64,000 nucleotides of DNA from the NCBI RefSeq assembly GCF_001194135.2, contig NC_069007.1:431336-495335 (forward strand), read 5' to 3'. The notes beneath the pieces were generated by a model. It was not told the origin of the DNA. It did no database searches and saw only the letters and a program-made list of their open reading frames with translations. Origin of the DNA: Octopus bimaculoides (Eukaryota). The position numbers were made by a program, and so were the translations under genes. Shown piece after piece: positions 27,290 to 40,479 of this stretch (its first letter is position 1; every line of letters begins with the position of its first letter).

Positions 27290-27600
27290 CATTTTTCTTG
27301 AGAAGGACGTGGAAGTAAGAGTCCTTGGGTACCTCTATAGGGTCGCCAGAACCAACAGTTATACTTCCCAGCTGGATTCTCAAGTGTAACCTACTGGGAC
27401 CATGTATATTATCCAACCATCTCATTCTTGATCTAGCCGTAGGTCTCCTGCAAGAAAATCTTGCAAGATAGAAGAATCCGTGATGTGATATTTTTTTCTG
27501 CGTCATTCTAATCCCATGACCGCGGTGACTCCCTGATCTCCGAGCTACGACCCTTTCGATTAGTGTTACTCCACAGATCCTTCTGATGACTTCCACTTCA
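27290..27600 (-). mobile_element. Decayed RTE-like LINE 3' fragment
   Basis: Peptides VIRRICGVTLIERV and RRPTARSRMRWLDNI resemble the RTE C-terminal motifs (LRRICGVT.. and GKRPRGRPR.RW.D.I). Confidence 0.6.
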
Positions 27601-28009
27601 GCTACTGGTGTTTGCGATCAAAGTCTTTCGCTTTTTACTCAACTAATTATTAATTTGAAAATTTTAATATGATAAATATCAATTAAAGTGTTTACAACAT
27701 TGATTCTCATCTCCATCTTAACATTTACAACGAAACCAAACATTTAAAATCATAATTCTGTATAGCACATATACAGAGGCACACACAGAGATTCATAATA
27801 CATTCATATAGACAATAACACTGCACACACGCAGACATGTTTTAACCATCCTATAGAGTGACCTTTGTGTAATGATTGCTGATGGACAGATATCTTCCTA
27901 ATGAATGACAAATTAATTAGATAAGCAGGTATTTAATATCAACATGTGAAGCATTCAGACAACAAACCCGTTTCCGATAGCTATCGTATATGTTTTCATT
28001 TAAGTCTCT

Positions 28010-28072
28010 AAAACGAATAATAATAATAATAATACTAATAATGATAACAACAACAACAACAACAACAACAAC

Positions 28073-28127
<55 letters not shown>

Positions 28128-28140
28128 GTAATAATAATGA
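28010..28140. repeat. Compound (AAT)n/(AAC)n microsatellite
   Basis: Directly visible runs. Confidence 0.95.
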
Positions 28141-28492
28141 TCAGTGGCTTTCATGGCTTCTGATCTTAACTGATTGGAAGTGTTATCATGTACGTTGTTT
28201 TGTCTGGGTATAAAAAGATGGGCTACAGCAAATATTCTGCACAATGCCACAGATTTGCTTGTCAGTTGCTTAACCTTAACCAGGTGAGGATGTCCCTTGG
28301 TGGCTGATGATATGTGTGTCTCTGATAACGAGCAGAAGTAGTGGAGGAGCATCATAGCCATGTGTTGAGGAATTCTTAGGAAACATGGGTGTCTTGTTCA
28401 TAATCATTAAACAACCCTTATTTGAGGACCATTTGAGGACCAAAATTTCAGGCCTTGTGCCTTGAGTAGAAAGGATTATTATTATTATTATA

Positions 28493-28700
28493 AGGCTGCG
28501 AGCTGGCAGAATTGTTAGCACGCCGAGCAAAATGCTTAGCAGCATTTCGTCAGTCTTAACACTGAGTTCAAATTCCGCCCGGTTCGACATTGTCATTTAT
28601 CTTTTCGGGATCGATAAAACAAGTACGAACTGAGGATTGTGGTCGATATAATCAATTTACCCCTCCCCCGATATTGATGGTCCTGTGTTAAAATTTGAAA
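28493..28700 (+). mobile_element. SINE family A, full-length copy
   Basis: GGCTGCGAGCTGGCAGAATTGTTAGCACGCCGAGC...GAGTTCAAATTCCGCC...GATGGTCCTGTGTTAAAATTTGAAAC. Confidence 0.85.
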
Positions 28701-29473
28701 CTTTTATTACAAGGTAGCGAATCGACTGGATTTTTTCCAGTTCTCTCTATGTTATGATTTCAAATCTCACGGAAGCCAACTTTGTTTTTTGGCCTTTCAG
28801 GGTCGATAAAAATCAAAATATCAGTCAGCTACTGGTGTCGATCTACTCAACAATCCCCACGTCCTCAAAATTACTGACCTTGTGCTAAAAAGCAGATACC
28901 ATCACCAACACCACCACCACCACTACCACTACCACTACCACTACTACTACTACTACTACTACAGCTTGATCTAGTTGGGGGATGGTGGTGACGTTCGTGC
29001 AGGTGGCCTTCGTAGCTGTTACGCCCCGAATCTTAATCACCGTCCCTGAACGCTTCAAGAGATATCTTTCCCGGGCAAACATGCAGCAAAACTGGATACC
29101 AAGTTTTCGTTTTCGTTCATGCGACTCGCCGAGGTTACTAAGATAAATAAATGTATAAAATTACGTTTTAAATCTAAGCAAAAACCGAATGTTTTTATGT
29201 TCCTGATAATAAACGATCTTGATTAAACATCCAAACAACATTTCTCATAATCTCTCAACCCCACTTAATTATCATAGCAACATGACATCATATGTCTTTC
29301 TCTCTCTTTCGCTAATTGTTTCTATCGATATTACAGAATTACGATTCAAATGGTTGACAACTAACATCCTTTGGTGTGTGAAAGTGTTAGGGAGATATCT
29401 AAAAACACAACACATCACAGGTACTCCAGTCATTACAGTTACAATGGTTACAAACTGGTTTCTCCTTACCTTT

Positions 29474-29513
<40 letters not shown>

Positions 29514-29609
29514 GGAAGCGCAAATTCAACTTTTCAGTATCGAATTGTTGTCGAGTATAATTCCTTTTACAGAAAGAATAAAAATCTTCCTCTTTCTTCC
29601 GCATTCTGC

Positions 29610-29818
29610 TTTCAAATTTTGGCACAAGGCTAGCAATATCAGGGATCGGAGGGGTCGATGTCATCGACCCTACTAGTCAAATGGTACTTATTTTATCGCC
29701 TCCAAAAGGATGAAAGGCTAGGTAGACTTCGTCGTAATTAGAACTCAGAGCGTAAAGACGGACGCAATGCAAAACACAACAAAGAATTTTGCCCGGTGCG
29801 CAAACGATTCTGCCAGCT
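29610..29818 (-). mobile_element. SINE family A, full-length copy
   Basis: TTTCAAATTTTGGCACAAGGC...GAACTCAGAGCGTAAAGACGGACG...AACGATTCTGCCAGCT. Confidence 0.85.
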
Positions 29819-30346
29819 TACCTCTCTCTCTCTCTCTCTCTCTCTCTTAGAATGTTGTGTAAATTCAAAACTGGAATTGTTTGTAGCTACAAAAGTTGAT
29901 GTGTATAGAAACAGAATGTTTACTCGTTTGCCTGGGGTTTGTCAAGTGATGTCGACACCCCTAATGAAACCCAATCAATGTTGAAAATTGATTAAGACTA
30001 TTCAACTCCTTTTTCAGTCTACAAAGAAACAAATAATATTGACACATCTGTACATCTACTACGTAGGCGTGCTCATTACATACACGCACACACACACACA
30101 CACACACAAACACGCACACACGCACGCACACATTTATACACATGTATACAACCACTCGTATATATATACAAACATCTTATATATTAAATTTAGACAGCAG
30201 ACATTTGTGTGTGTCTGTATGTACGTGTATATCAATAAAGTGTTGTAACGTTTATATATATATATATATATATATATGAATAAATATATGTGTATACATA
30301 CATACATACATATATGTATACATACATATATATACATACATATATC

Positions 30347-30377
<31 letters not shown>

Positions 30378-30424
30378 CTATATACATACACATATATATA
30401 TATGGGAGAATATACAAATAATAA

Positions 30425-30545
30425 CAACAGACGAGGACAGGTGGTGTAAATAACAAAAGTATATATTAGTATGACGCTCGGGAATACGGAAAGTCTTTGA
30501 CGTTTCGAGCTACGCTCTTCAACAGAAAGAATACGGAGACAAGGA
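30425..30545 (-). mobile_element. Penelope-like element terminal fragment with minimal type I hammerhead-like motif
   Basis: Minus strand TCTTT-CTGTTGAA-GAGC-GTA-GCTC-GAA-ACGT-C-AAAGA (30530-30494) gives a 5-bp stem I, a 4-bp stem II and a palindromic ACGT stem III. A second copy is at 13075-13180. Confidence 0.6.
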
Positions 30546-31631
30546 GAAAAACACGGAGAAAAAAAATTGAATAGTGTTCAGTCAACGGTCAATCATAATA
30601 ATATATATACATATATTTATATGTATGTGAGTGTGTTTGTGTGTGTGTATGTGTGTGTGTAGGGATAACTCTTTCTCTGTATGTGTTTACTTATATGTAT
30701 GTATACGAGTACACGTTTGTCCTGTTCTGCGCATGTGTAAACGTGCATACGCGAGTAAATGTGGGTGCAAATGAGTATGCGTATGTGTGTATGTATGTGT
30801 GTGTGCACGTGTGTATGGGTGCATGTGTATGCTTGTAAGAAACAGAATCTAGAAAATCAATGTAATTGATATTTTCTTGTATTCCCTATTGGCTGAATGA
30901 TAAATACACATATACATATATACACAGATGCAAACACACACACACACACACACACAAACTCCCTCATAGACATACACATAATCGCACGCAAATACACAAA
31001 TTTTCATGAGCACATGCGTTCATATATAAATGTTTCCAAGTACATACATATGTATGTATATATCTATAAAGGTACACACACACATATATATATATACATA
31101 CACACTGAGATAGAAATAAATAGATTGATAGATTGATAGTTTTATATATATATATATATGTGTGTGAGTGTGTGTATATATATATAGGAGCGTCTAAATA
31201 CATTTCTTATATCAGTGTGAGAATTATAATATACAGAGATAAAACGAATCTCTTAATCTTATCATTAAAAGTAAAGAAAAAAGTAAAGGTCTATCATAAC
31301 ATCTCCTCATACTCCCTTCACACAACAACCGCCGTCAACACCTCCGAAAACGGCTTCACTACCACCACCATTAAGAACATCAGAAATATTATTAGAATCA
31401 TAATAGTCCAAGAACAAAAAAGACACACAGAAGTATATCAATGGAAAGTGATGACGTTGGTGGCGAAAAGCAATGATTCATAGACTCAATATGTTGTATT
31501 AAAAACTAACATTCCTTGGTAAGATGTCCCTGTGGAGCACTTAGTTTTGACTTGTGAAATTAGACTTTTCTCTTTAGAGTGCTGCTGTCCTATTTGGCAA
31601 GATGCAAAAGATGCTGTGCAGGAAATCTTTG

Positions 31632-31662
<31 letters not shown>

Positions 31663-32101
31663 AATTCTAAGCACTTTTGCACCGTAGAATATTACCAGTT
31701 ATGTCGTTAAGAAATTCAGTTTGTAACCATATGCTTGCGAGTTCGATGTCACCCGCAAAATTAAGCATAGCTTTCTAACAGTAATAAGTAAACNNNNNNN
31801 NNNNNNNNNNNNNNNNNNNNNNNNNNNNNNNNNNNNNNNNNNNNNNNNNNNNNNNNNNNNNNNNNNNNNNNNNNNNNNNNNNNNNNNNNNNNNNNNNNNN
31901 NNNNNNNNNNNNNNNNNNNNNNNNNNNNNNNNNNNNNNNNNNNNNNNNNNNNNNNNNNNNNNNNNNNNNNNNNNNNNNNNNNNNNNNNNNNNNNNNNNNN
32001 NNNNNNNNNNNNNNNNNNNNNNNNNNNNNNNNNNNNNNNNNNNNNNNNNNNNNNNNNNNNNNNNNNNNNNNNNNNNNNNNNNNNNNNNNNNNNNNNNNNN
32101 N

Positions 32102-32133
<32 letters not shown>

Positions 32134-33452
32134 GTGTGTGTGCGTGGTTTTACGTACACGACTAAAAGATAGGGGCTGTTAATATTTTCTCTCATTCTTT
32201 ACGCGGGTCTTGGCAGGATTCTATAATACGCCTTCTCTTTCCAGGCAATCTTCAGGCTCTGAATTCATACAAATTTTGTATATTGAATAAACCGTGTTCT
32301 CAGATAAAGTGACATGTATATTATAGCCAAGGAGAATGTACCTACAACCATTAATGCACGGTGTCCTAGACACAATGTCGAAGATCGGTTCTTCAGAATC
32401 ATGGTTAAATATTATTTGCTGTGGATATAAAATTTAGCGATAATTCATATCCATATCATGTTTGACGTGTTGAAACGGTAGCATTAACATATCGAAAACC
32501 CAACGAAAGAAAACAAATGAGATCCTCGTTTGTGTTGACCGATCAAGGACAACGATGGATCAAAAAGAGAAAAGAAAGAATAAATTTCAGAAATTTTAAT
32601 AGTTTCTCTCTTAAAGGTACTTTGCAGTGAAGTTCTTTAAAGTTTAGTGCGGTTGGGATAGCCTCATACTAGTCGCCATTCAGACAAGAAAATGGTGGAG
32701 CAGGTTTTTAGTTTTACCCACTTGAAATCTTTTGTCTGACACTATATAGCTGTCAGCCATAGAACGCATCACAGTCATCGGCAGATATTTACTACCGAAT
32801 CTCACGGTCACATATCCATTCTCGGTCCCGCACATGCTGTTACGGACACATGATGAAAACACATATTCCATTAGCATTTTGTGACAAAACCTACTTAACT
32901 TGAAAAAATAATTAATTAAAAGGAAAAAAACAAAAGGTCATTAAAAATTAAGTTAGTAAGATCCAGACCTCTGTCCTATGTGAATAGTACTGACTACGTC
33001 CTTAGAAAAGCTCTGTCAATTTAAGTACGTTTGTGTTGTATTAAATGAATCTACTTCGCCACTACTCCTGCCACATCTCCCCCCGACCCCCCCCCCAAGC
33101 TTTCAGTCAAAGTATGACAGCTTTTATCCTTCACTCGCCTCAGGACTCTGGGTGTGTCTCGGCAGGTGATTGTATCAGACATGCATATTAAAAGTAAATG
33201 ACAACAACAACAACAACAACAACAACAATAGGGAAGCACCTGCCCAATCGGAGTTTGTGATGTGACATCTTATGGAGACACAGGCTTTGGCGGACCTCTA
33301 GATTGAGAGTTCGCTTCCATGCATTATATAAATATAGACTATGATTTCCTTTAGAATTTATGCAACATAAATATATACATATCATGATTCTATATATATA
33401 TATATTATACATAATATATAAATTATATATTACATATATATTTGTATGTATA

Positions 33453-33506
<54 letters not shown>

Positions 33507-33545
33507 TATATATATACAGATATATATGTGCACACACACACACAA

Positions 33546-33581
<36 letters not shown>

Positions 33582-34404
33582 CTGTATGTATGTATGTAAG
33601 TTTATATTATATTATCAACAATATTCATCATATCAGTCAAATTTATTTTATAATTAAATAAAGAAATTTAATTATTCAAAAACTTATGGAAGGTTTATCT
33701 CATTTCGAACACATAAATTATGAATGTTTACTTGTCATAGTAAATGTTTAGATGTGAGCATATGGTGGAACGCACCACACACAAAAAGAAACAAAAAGGA
33801 AACAAAATATGCCAGTATATATATGCGCGCGTGTGTGTGTGTGTATACTCACACAGAAATAAAACACAGTAGTTTAATGTTTTAATGAAATTACTGCTTC
33901 TAAATAAATCATTGGTTTATCAGCATCGGAGTTCGCTCGGCTAGTTTCATTTCTTCTAATAGACATCAAGAAGAGCTCAACTTAACTCTTAATTTCGCAA
34001 CTCAGAAATTATATATGTCTTTACAATGCCATAAGTAAATAGCTTAACAGTGGCTCGAAACTGCCGAACAGCGAAGTTACTGGGGTGAAGACACAACATC
34101 ACTGTTTGTCAAGTGCTGGTGGTAGACAAACCCTGACGCAGACAGGCACATTCAGATGTCTATATATTGAATCATTCCATAAATAATGCAGTTTTTTTTA
34201 TATTTCCATTATTTTTTTAAAATTTCATATACACAAATTCTTTTTTACTCTAAAATATACTCTCCTTCATTTTCTACAATGCTCTTCCATCTATCTGGTA
34301 GTCCTGCCAGGCCCCTCTTCTAAAATTCAATTGTTCGTGACTAAAAATACCCTCCAATTCTCTTGTAACCTCGTCTACAGAATTCATATTTTTTCCATCC
34401 AAAT

Positions 34405-34545
34405 TATTTAGAAGACTGCGGAATAAATCTTTGGTCGGCCCGGGGTTCTAGTAGAAGACACATGCCTGCGGTTGCACGTCGTGAGATCGAACCCGAGACC
34501 ATGCAGTTGGGAAGAAAACGTTTTGCCACACAATCAAGTCCGTGC
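34405..34545 (-). mobile_element. SINE family B head
   Basis: CTTGGTCGGCCCGGGG..AGTAGAAGACAC...ATCGAACCCGAGACCATG..GTTGGGAAG. Confidence 0.7.
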
Positions 34546-35039
34546 CTAGTCATACACCTACACTTACTTAAACACACACACACGTATACACACGTATATA
34601 TACACACGTATATACATCTTTCTCTTTCTATCTATCTACCTCTCTACATATATACATATCTGACCATATACATGTGTATATACATATACTTCTGCTGTAA
34701 TATTCAGCTTTCGATGGTGTCTAGCAGTGTCAGCCCAAGCTGGAATCCTTATATTTCTTAGACCTCAGTTTGAAATTAATAGTCGTTGCGAGATAATGAA
34801 ATTTCCCCTAACCATTATAAAAATTGTTAATCTACAAATGTTTCAGTCATTCAGAAGCAGCAGCGATCTTCTGTGTTTACTGTTAATAATTTTTTACAGC
34901 AACCGTGTAAAGAAAAACCCGGAGTAACGGACGACGAATGAGTTATCTTCAAGTAAATGAATAACGTAACTCCTTTAAATTACGCTGTCTTCAGGCAATG
35001 CCAAGAAATTTCATGTGAGACGCACTTCTTCAGATACAC

Positions 35040-35091
<52 letters not shown>

Positions 35092-35140
35092 CAACTATAA
35101 CATATGCAAGGAATAATCGAAGATTCTGAAAACAACTTAC

Positions 35141-35272
35141 GTATCTTTTATATTGAAATGTTAAGAGAAGGCCACACAAGCATAAAGAGTATTTAAATGG
35201 AAAGTCAGTGTGTATATTCAAGAAACTCACCTGAAAAAGAAATAAGAATAAAAAAACATAAATCGGTTAGTG
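35141..35272 (-). other. Recursive splice site (ratchet point) with cryptic 90-nt RS-exon
   Basis: Minus strand: CACTAAC (35272-35266), then CGATTTATGTTTTTTTATTCTTATTTCTTTTT, then CAG|GTGAGT (junction 35231/35230). A second donor TAC|GTAAGT is at 35141/35140. Orientation matches the 62895 donor. Confidence 0.6.
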
Positions 35273-35884
35273 TCTAATAACATATTTAGTCAAATCATAA
35301 AATTAAAACTGAAATAACATGTCGAATTATGCAGAAAAGAGGGCAAAATTAATGTTTGTTCAGTAAATTGACAACAGGAGATCGGTTTCGGTTAAATTAG
35401 TCCTCTTCAGAAAAAGGAAAACTTAAGTAGTATTTTTGACTCTGGACCACTCGGTGGTTGGCAGATTTTTGAAAAGATTTTTGAGACTTATCTGTAAATC
35501 TTCGCTATCAATTCGTTCTCATTAATCGCTAAGTACCAATGTCAGCTGCCAATTAAGCCAACACGAAAACGCTAGATTTCTTTTCCTGGTGTAAATAATG
35601 ATGTCGATGTTTTAGAAGAATCAATATCGTATCGGCTCGAAATGAGTTTTGCAGTCTTTGCAGCCTCTTCTTACGATTCTGTGTTCGTGTCCTTATGAGG
35701 TTGACTTGAACTTTTATCGATCTCTGATCGATAAGTCAAACATATATATTGCCGTGGATCTAATTGATTGCACAACTCCACGAAATCATTGACAATGTGA
35801 CGTTCTGATAATGGTGTTTATGACAATGGTTATTATTATTATTGCTACTGCAACCACCACCACCACCACTACTACTACTACTGT

Positions 35885-35925
<41 letters not shown>

Positions 35926-37964
35926 ACCGTGTGCAGAACACCAAGGTTATATTTTCCTGTTTGTCTATCTCTGCTCGTAGTCATTATATTGAGTGCAATA
36001 CGAATGTTATTGAGACCGTTTTAGGACCTAATCGATGTGGGGTACTTGAATACTTTTTCAATGTGCCATATCCTTTAAATTGGTCTTAAAAAGACCCCTT
36101 ATTAAATGCTTGAAGTAAACAAACAATATTAGGGAGTTGCTTATAGCTGCGCTCTTTTATATAGATTTTGTACTTAAAATGTCAGTGAGAGATATTTAAT
36201 TGCAAAGGATCCCATGACCAATTTCTGTAATGGAACTAATTAATGTACGTTAACGTTTTTGAGGTCAGTCGATGGACAAAATCAGGTGAGGTTGGATAAA
36301 ATGCAACCCACTGCAAAACCGTTAATCCATCATGTCAGGTAGCTGGTATTTTGTTATCACTTTTCGTCTGTTTATTTTGGGAGGGTGAACCTCTATGTTC
36401 TAAAATAAATTGGTAAATTTCCTTAAGATGACTAAAATATTTGTCTCTTAAAAAAAGATAATATGGTTCCAGAGATATTGTCTCATAAAAGAAGGGTATT
36501 TATCGGCACGATTGTTTACTTTTACACTAAAATAAAAAAAATGGATAATAGTAGGGACAATATATACCCCTATACACGCCCTCCGTTAATGTTGAATAAT
36601 TACTGGCAGGGAAAAACACAATCATTGGTTGAACTTCACTTCAGATTTCTTAATTAATTAGATAAGTAGTCAATTATTATTTAGTAACTAGGCAATTGAT
36701 TAGGTTCGACAGCATCTTTAATATATATCTCTTATACACATTTCGCACAATTATATGGTTCCAGTTCCCATCTTTTGTCTGGGGCCTCTTACATCAATAT
36801 GAGCTTTTCAAATTACAATAATGCACATTTCAACAAATATCTAAAGAAAAAACTTGCAAAACAAATACAAAAGACAAAATATGAAACAGATGAAGTTTCT
36901 TTCAATTTTTGAAGAAAAAATGTTTCAAACCCTACTCATAAAACTAGATTAGGAAAGAAAACCAATTATTCTAAACACATCATGAAAAAAGTGTTGTATA
37001 AAACCTTTCTTAAAATTCTTTTACGCAAATTATTATTTATAAGTATATAATTAGTAAATTATATTAATAATTGCCTCGAAAAAGAATTAGTTTTGCGATA
37101 AAAAGAAAAAAAATTATTATATTATAAAAATTATTGTTGGAAACATTCAAATCTTATAGAAACACGTTTATAACAAAATTAGGAGAAATATTTATTAAAA
37201 AAATAAGAGTATGAGACTAATATTTGTTAAAATATTTATTATCTAAAATATTAAAAACCTCATTATGAAAGGAAAACATATTGCGGCTTAAATAATGAAA
37301 ACAATTAATGTTAATATCATTATTACAAAATGACAAAAAATTATTTTCAAAAACGTTTTGAAAGACGAATTGTGAAATACAAATGATATCCGCTATACAC
37401 CGGATTAGTAATAACTGACTGAACATAGATTTAAGCCTCATTGGAGATTTTAAGGTGTTTACAATTTTATTTTTCTCTAGTATCTGAAGTTGTGTGTAAA
37501 AAATTGTTGTCTGCCTGTGGCACTGCCAAAGAGGCCAATACATCGCAATCGTTATATATATATATATATGTGTGTGTGTAAAGGGCTCTGCACATAGGCA
37601 TACGTATGTAAATGATAAAAGACAAAAACGAACGTATATGTCTTTTACAAAAGCTGTTACTAAAACAGTTGCATAAATATAACAGTCGAAGCAGAAGTAT
37701 CCCTAGATAATTCCTTACAACTGTTTCGAAACTTCAACGACTAGTTGTCGCAGCAATGTGCATTACACCAACAGGTGTGCATACTGATGTAGTAATATAC
37801 ATCAAACAAATAGAAACAATGATGAACGTAAGAAAATAAAATCTCTATCAATCAAAGCCATAAACTAGGAAACATCGAATATTTTCACGAGAAGAGAGGA
37901 GTGTTAAAATGTAATTCATCTAACAGCGGACTTGTATTTAAGAGTATGAAGCATTAATGAGGGG

Positions 37965-38002
<38 letters not shown>

Positions 38003-38701
38003 AAATGTGAACAGAAATGGGGAGTTAGAAATACAGACATTAGAAAATTTGTGAGAGTAGAGTGATACAAGAAACGAAAGGTGAGGGGAAAGAGAAGAGA
38101 AGGGAAAAAATAAAAAGGAAACGAGTGGAAGAAAAACGGGTTAGAGATGAGAGCGTTTGAAATCAATTACAAGATGTCAGTCTGGTCGAAACCGGTCATA
38201 AATCAGAAACTGAGGAAGCAAAGAATCGTGCAGGATTCATTAAAGGAAACTGAATGGGAAAAAGGAAGCAACAATCCAGGATTTCCTTGAAAATGAGTGG
38301 CAAATAAGTCTTTCGTAGAGTGAATGCAGGATAAGCATCGATGCGATTAGATTATTCAAAGTAGGAGACATGGAACAAGAAAACGAGGAACATAACAGGG
38401 AGGGGAAAGAAAAAAAATTAAGGAACATTAAAAGAATAAAAGGTTATATAGGGAAAGGACAAGGGCAAGCAAAAAATATGATATATTGTCTATGATATTT
38501 AAAGAAGGTATCATCATGAGTGTATATTATAATGTCATCACTGTAATTAGGCTTAGTTTATAAGTAAAATACTTGAAGAAAGATTGCCAACTTCGAAAAG
38601 CGCTAATAATAATGAATAAATAAAAATGTTTCCAAAATTCTGGCGACCTCCTTTTTTCTCGATATACAATGTCTGTACACCACTTCTAACACTCTATTCA
38701 T

Positions 38702-38741
<40 letters not shown>

Positions 38742-38743
<2 letters not shown>

Positions 38744-38900
38744 CGTAGCTGTGTGGTAAGAAACTTGCCTTCGCAACCACATGGTTCCAGGTTCAGTTCC
38801 AATGCGTGGTACCTTGGGCAAGTGTCTTCTATTATAGCCTCGGAACGACCAAAGCTTCGTGAGTGGATATGGTAGACGGAAACTGAAAGAAGCCTGTCGT
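38742..38900 (+). mobile_element. tRNA-derived SINE family B (CORE-like centre)
   Basis: Head GGCGTAGCTGTGTGGTAAG...CCAGGTTCAGTTCC, then ACCTTGGGCAAGTGTCTTCT (resembles the CORE motif ACCTTGGGCAAGT), then an (AT)n region. Confidence 0.8.
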
Positions 38901-40206
38901 ATATATACATACGCATATCTGTCTATATACATATATTTACACACACATATACATGCATGTATCCACATTCATATATATAAATACACAAATATACACACAT
39001 ATATATATATATAAACCTTTACCCTTCAAGTCGTAGAACTGCGGTTATGTGGGGCACCGTCTCCAGGAGTTTGAAGTGTGTAGTGGAACGAGGAAACCCC
39101 AGTACTTAATATGCTAGAAATCTGGCAGTTTTTCATTGAATATCTTTTGTGGAGCAGCTAAATTACGCGGACAGAAAGAAACCAACATTAAATGCGAAGC
39201 GAGGTGAGGAGGAGAAAACACAACGACACACACATGCATTTACGACAGACTTCCGCACAATTTCCATCTGCCACATTCATTGATATGATATTGCTTGCTT
39301 CGTAGGTATAATAGAAGATATGTAAGATGTTGCGCAGTAGGATTAAACCAAGAAGCACTTGATTTTAAAGCAAATTTCACCGAAATTTGGACGTAAAATA
39401 CGAAGTAACCACGGCGTCTCCACCCCCACCTCCATAAACAGACACACCAAACACAGACCGATGGACACAAACACACACGACCACGTATACACATATACAT
39501 GTGAGCTCGTGTGTGTATATATCTATAAGTATATGCACATACATGTGGATCAATGTATAATTTTATTCCGAGTCTTTCTTTGCATACATGAAAAGCGAAA
39601 AACAAGCAGACAAAGCGGTAAATACAGTCATACATTTAGATATATATACATCCTTGAGGAATACATATCTACGTAAATCACTACTTACATATATAACATA
39701 TACAGCTATAGAGTTGTGCATAGATAGTATGTATATATAAGCAAACGTCTAGAAATATATATTTAATACATATAGAAATAATAGATATGTGTACACACAC
39801 GTATATACGTATATAAATACATATATAGATCAACAGAGAAATCCAAACCTAGATGCATTAGTCTATTTACATTTCTTAATTTCAGTATCTATATCATTCG
39901 TTCCACGAGTCTCTCTCTCTCTCTCTCTCTCCCCCAGACACATATAGCGACTTAGAAAGCCTTTTATGCTTATATAATGGGCTATTTTCCCCGCAGACTT
40001 CCACCCTCCATTACACATTCTTTCTTTTTCAAATAGCATCATAAAGTCACTAAGTCTGTCTCAAAAAAATAATTGCGCAGACAGTCTCTTGCAATGACAC
40101 ACACACGCACACACACATTAATACCTAAACCGCACACAACCACATAGATACACACACAAACAACTGCATAACGACTCTATCTCTTTTAGCCGTTTCTGTC
40201 TCAGTC

Positions 40207-40247
<41 letters not shown>

Positions 40248-40444
40248 GGCGAACCCATAAACAACATCCCCAACACACGCCCCCCAAAACAATCCACATT
40301 CAAAGTCTCACACAATGAAAGCCAGCCACACGCTATCAGAAAATCACAAACACATAATACTCCAACGTCTGCCGATACACACACACACATATGTATACAT
40401 ATATATACATATATATATACATATATATACACACATATATACAT

Positions 40445-40479
<35 letters not shown>

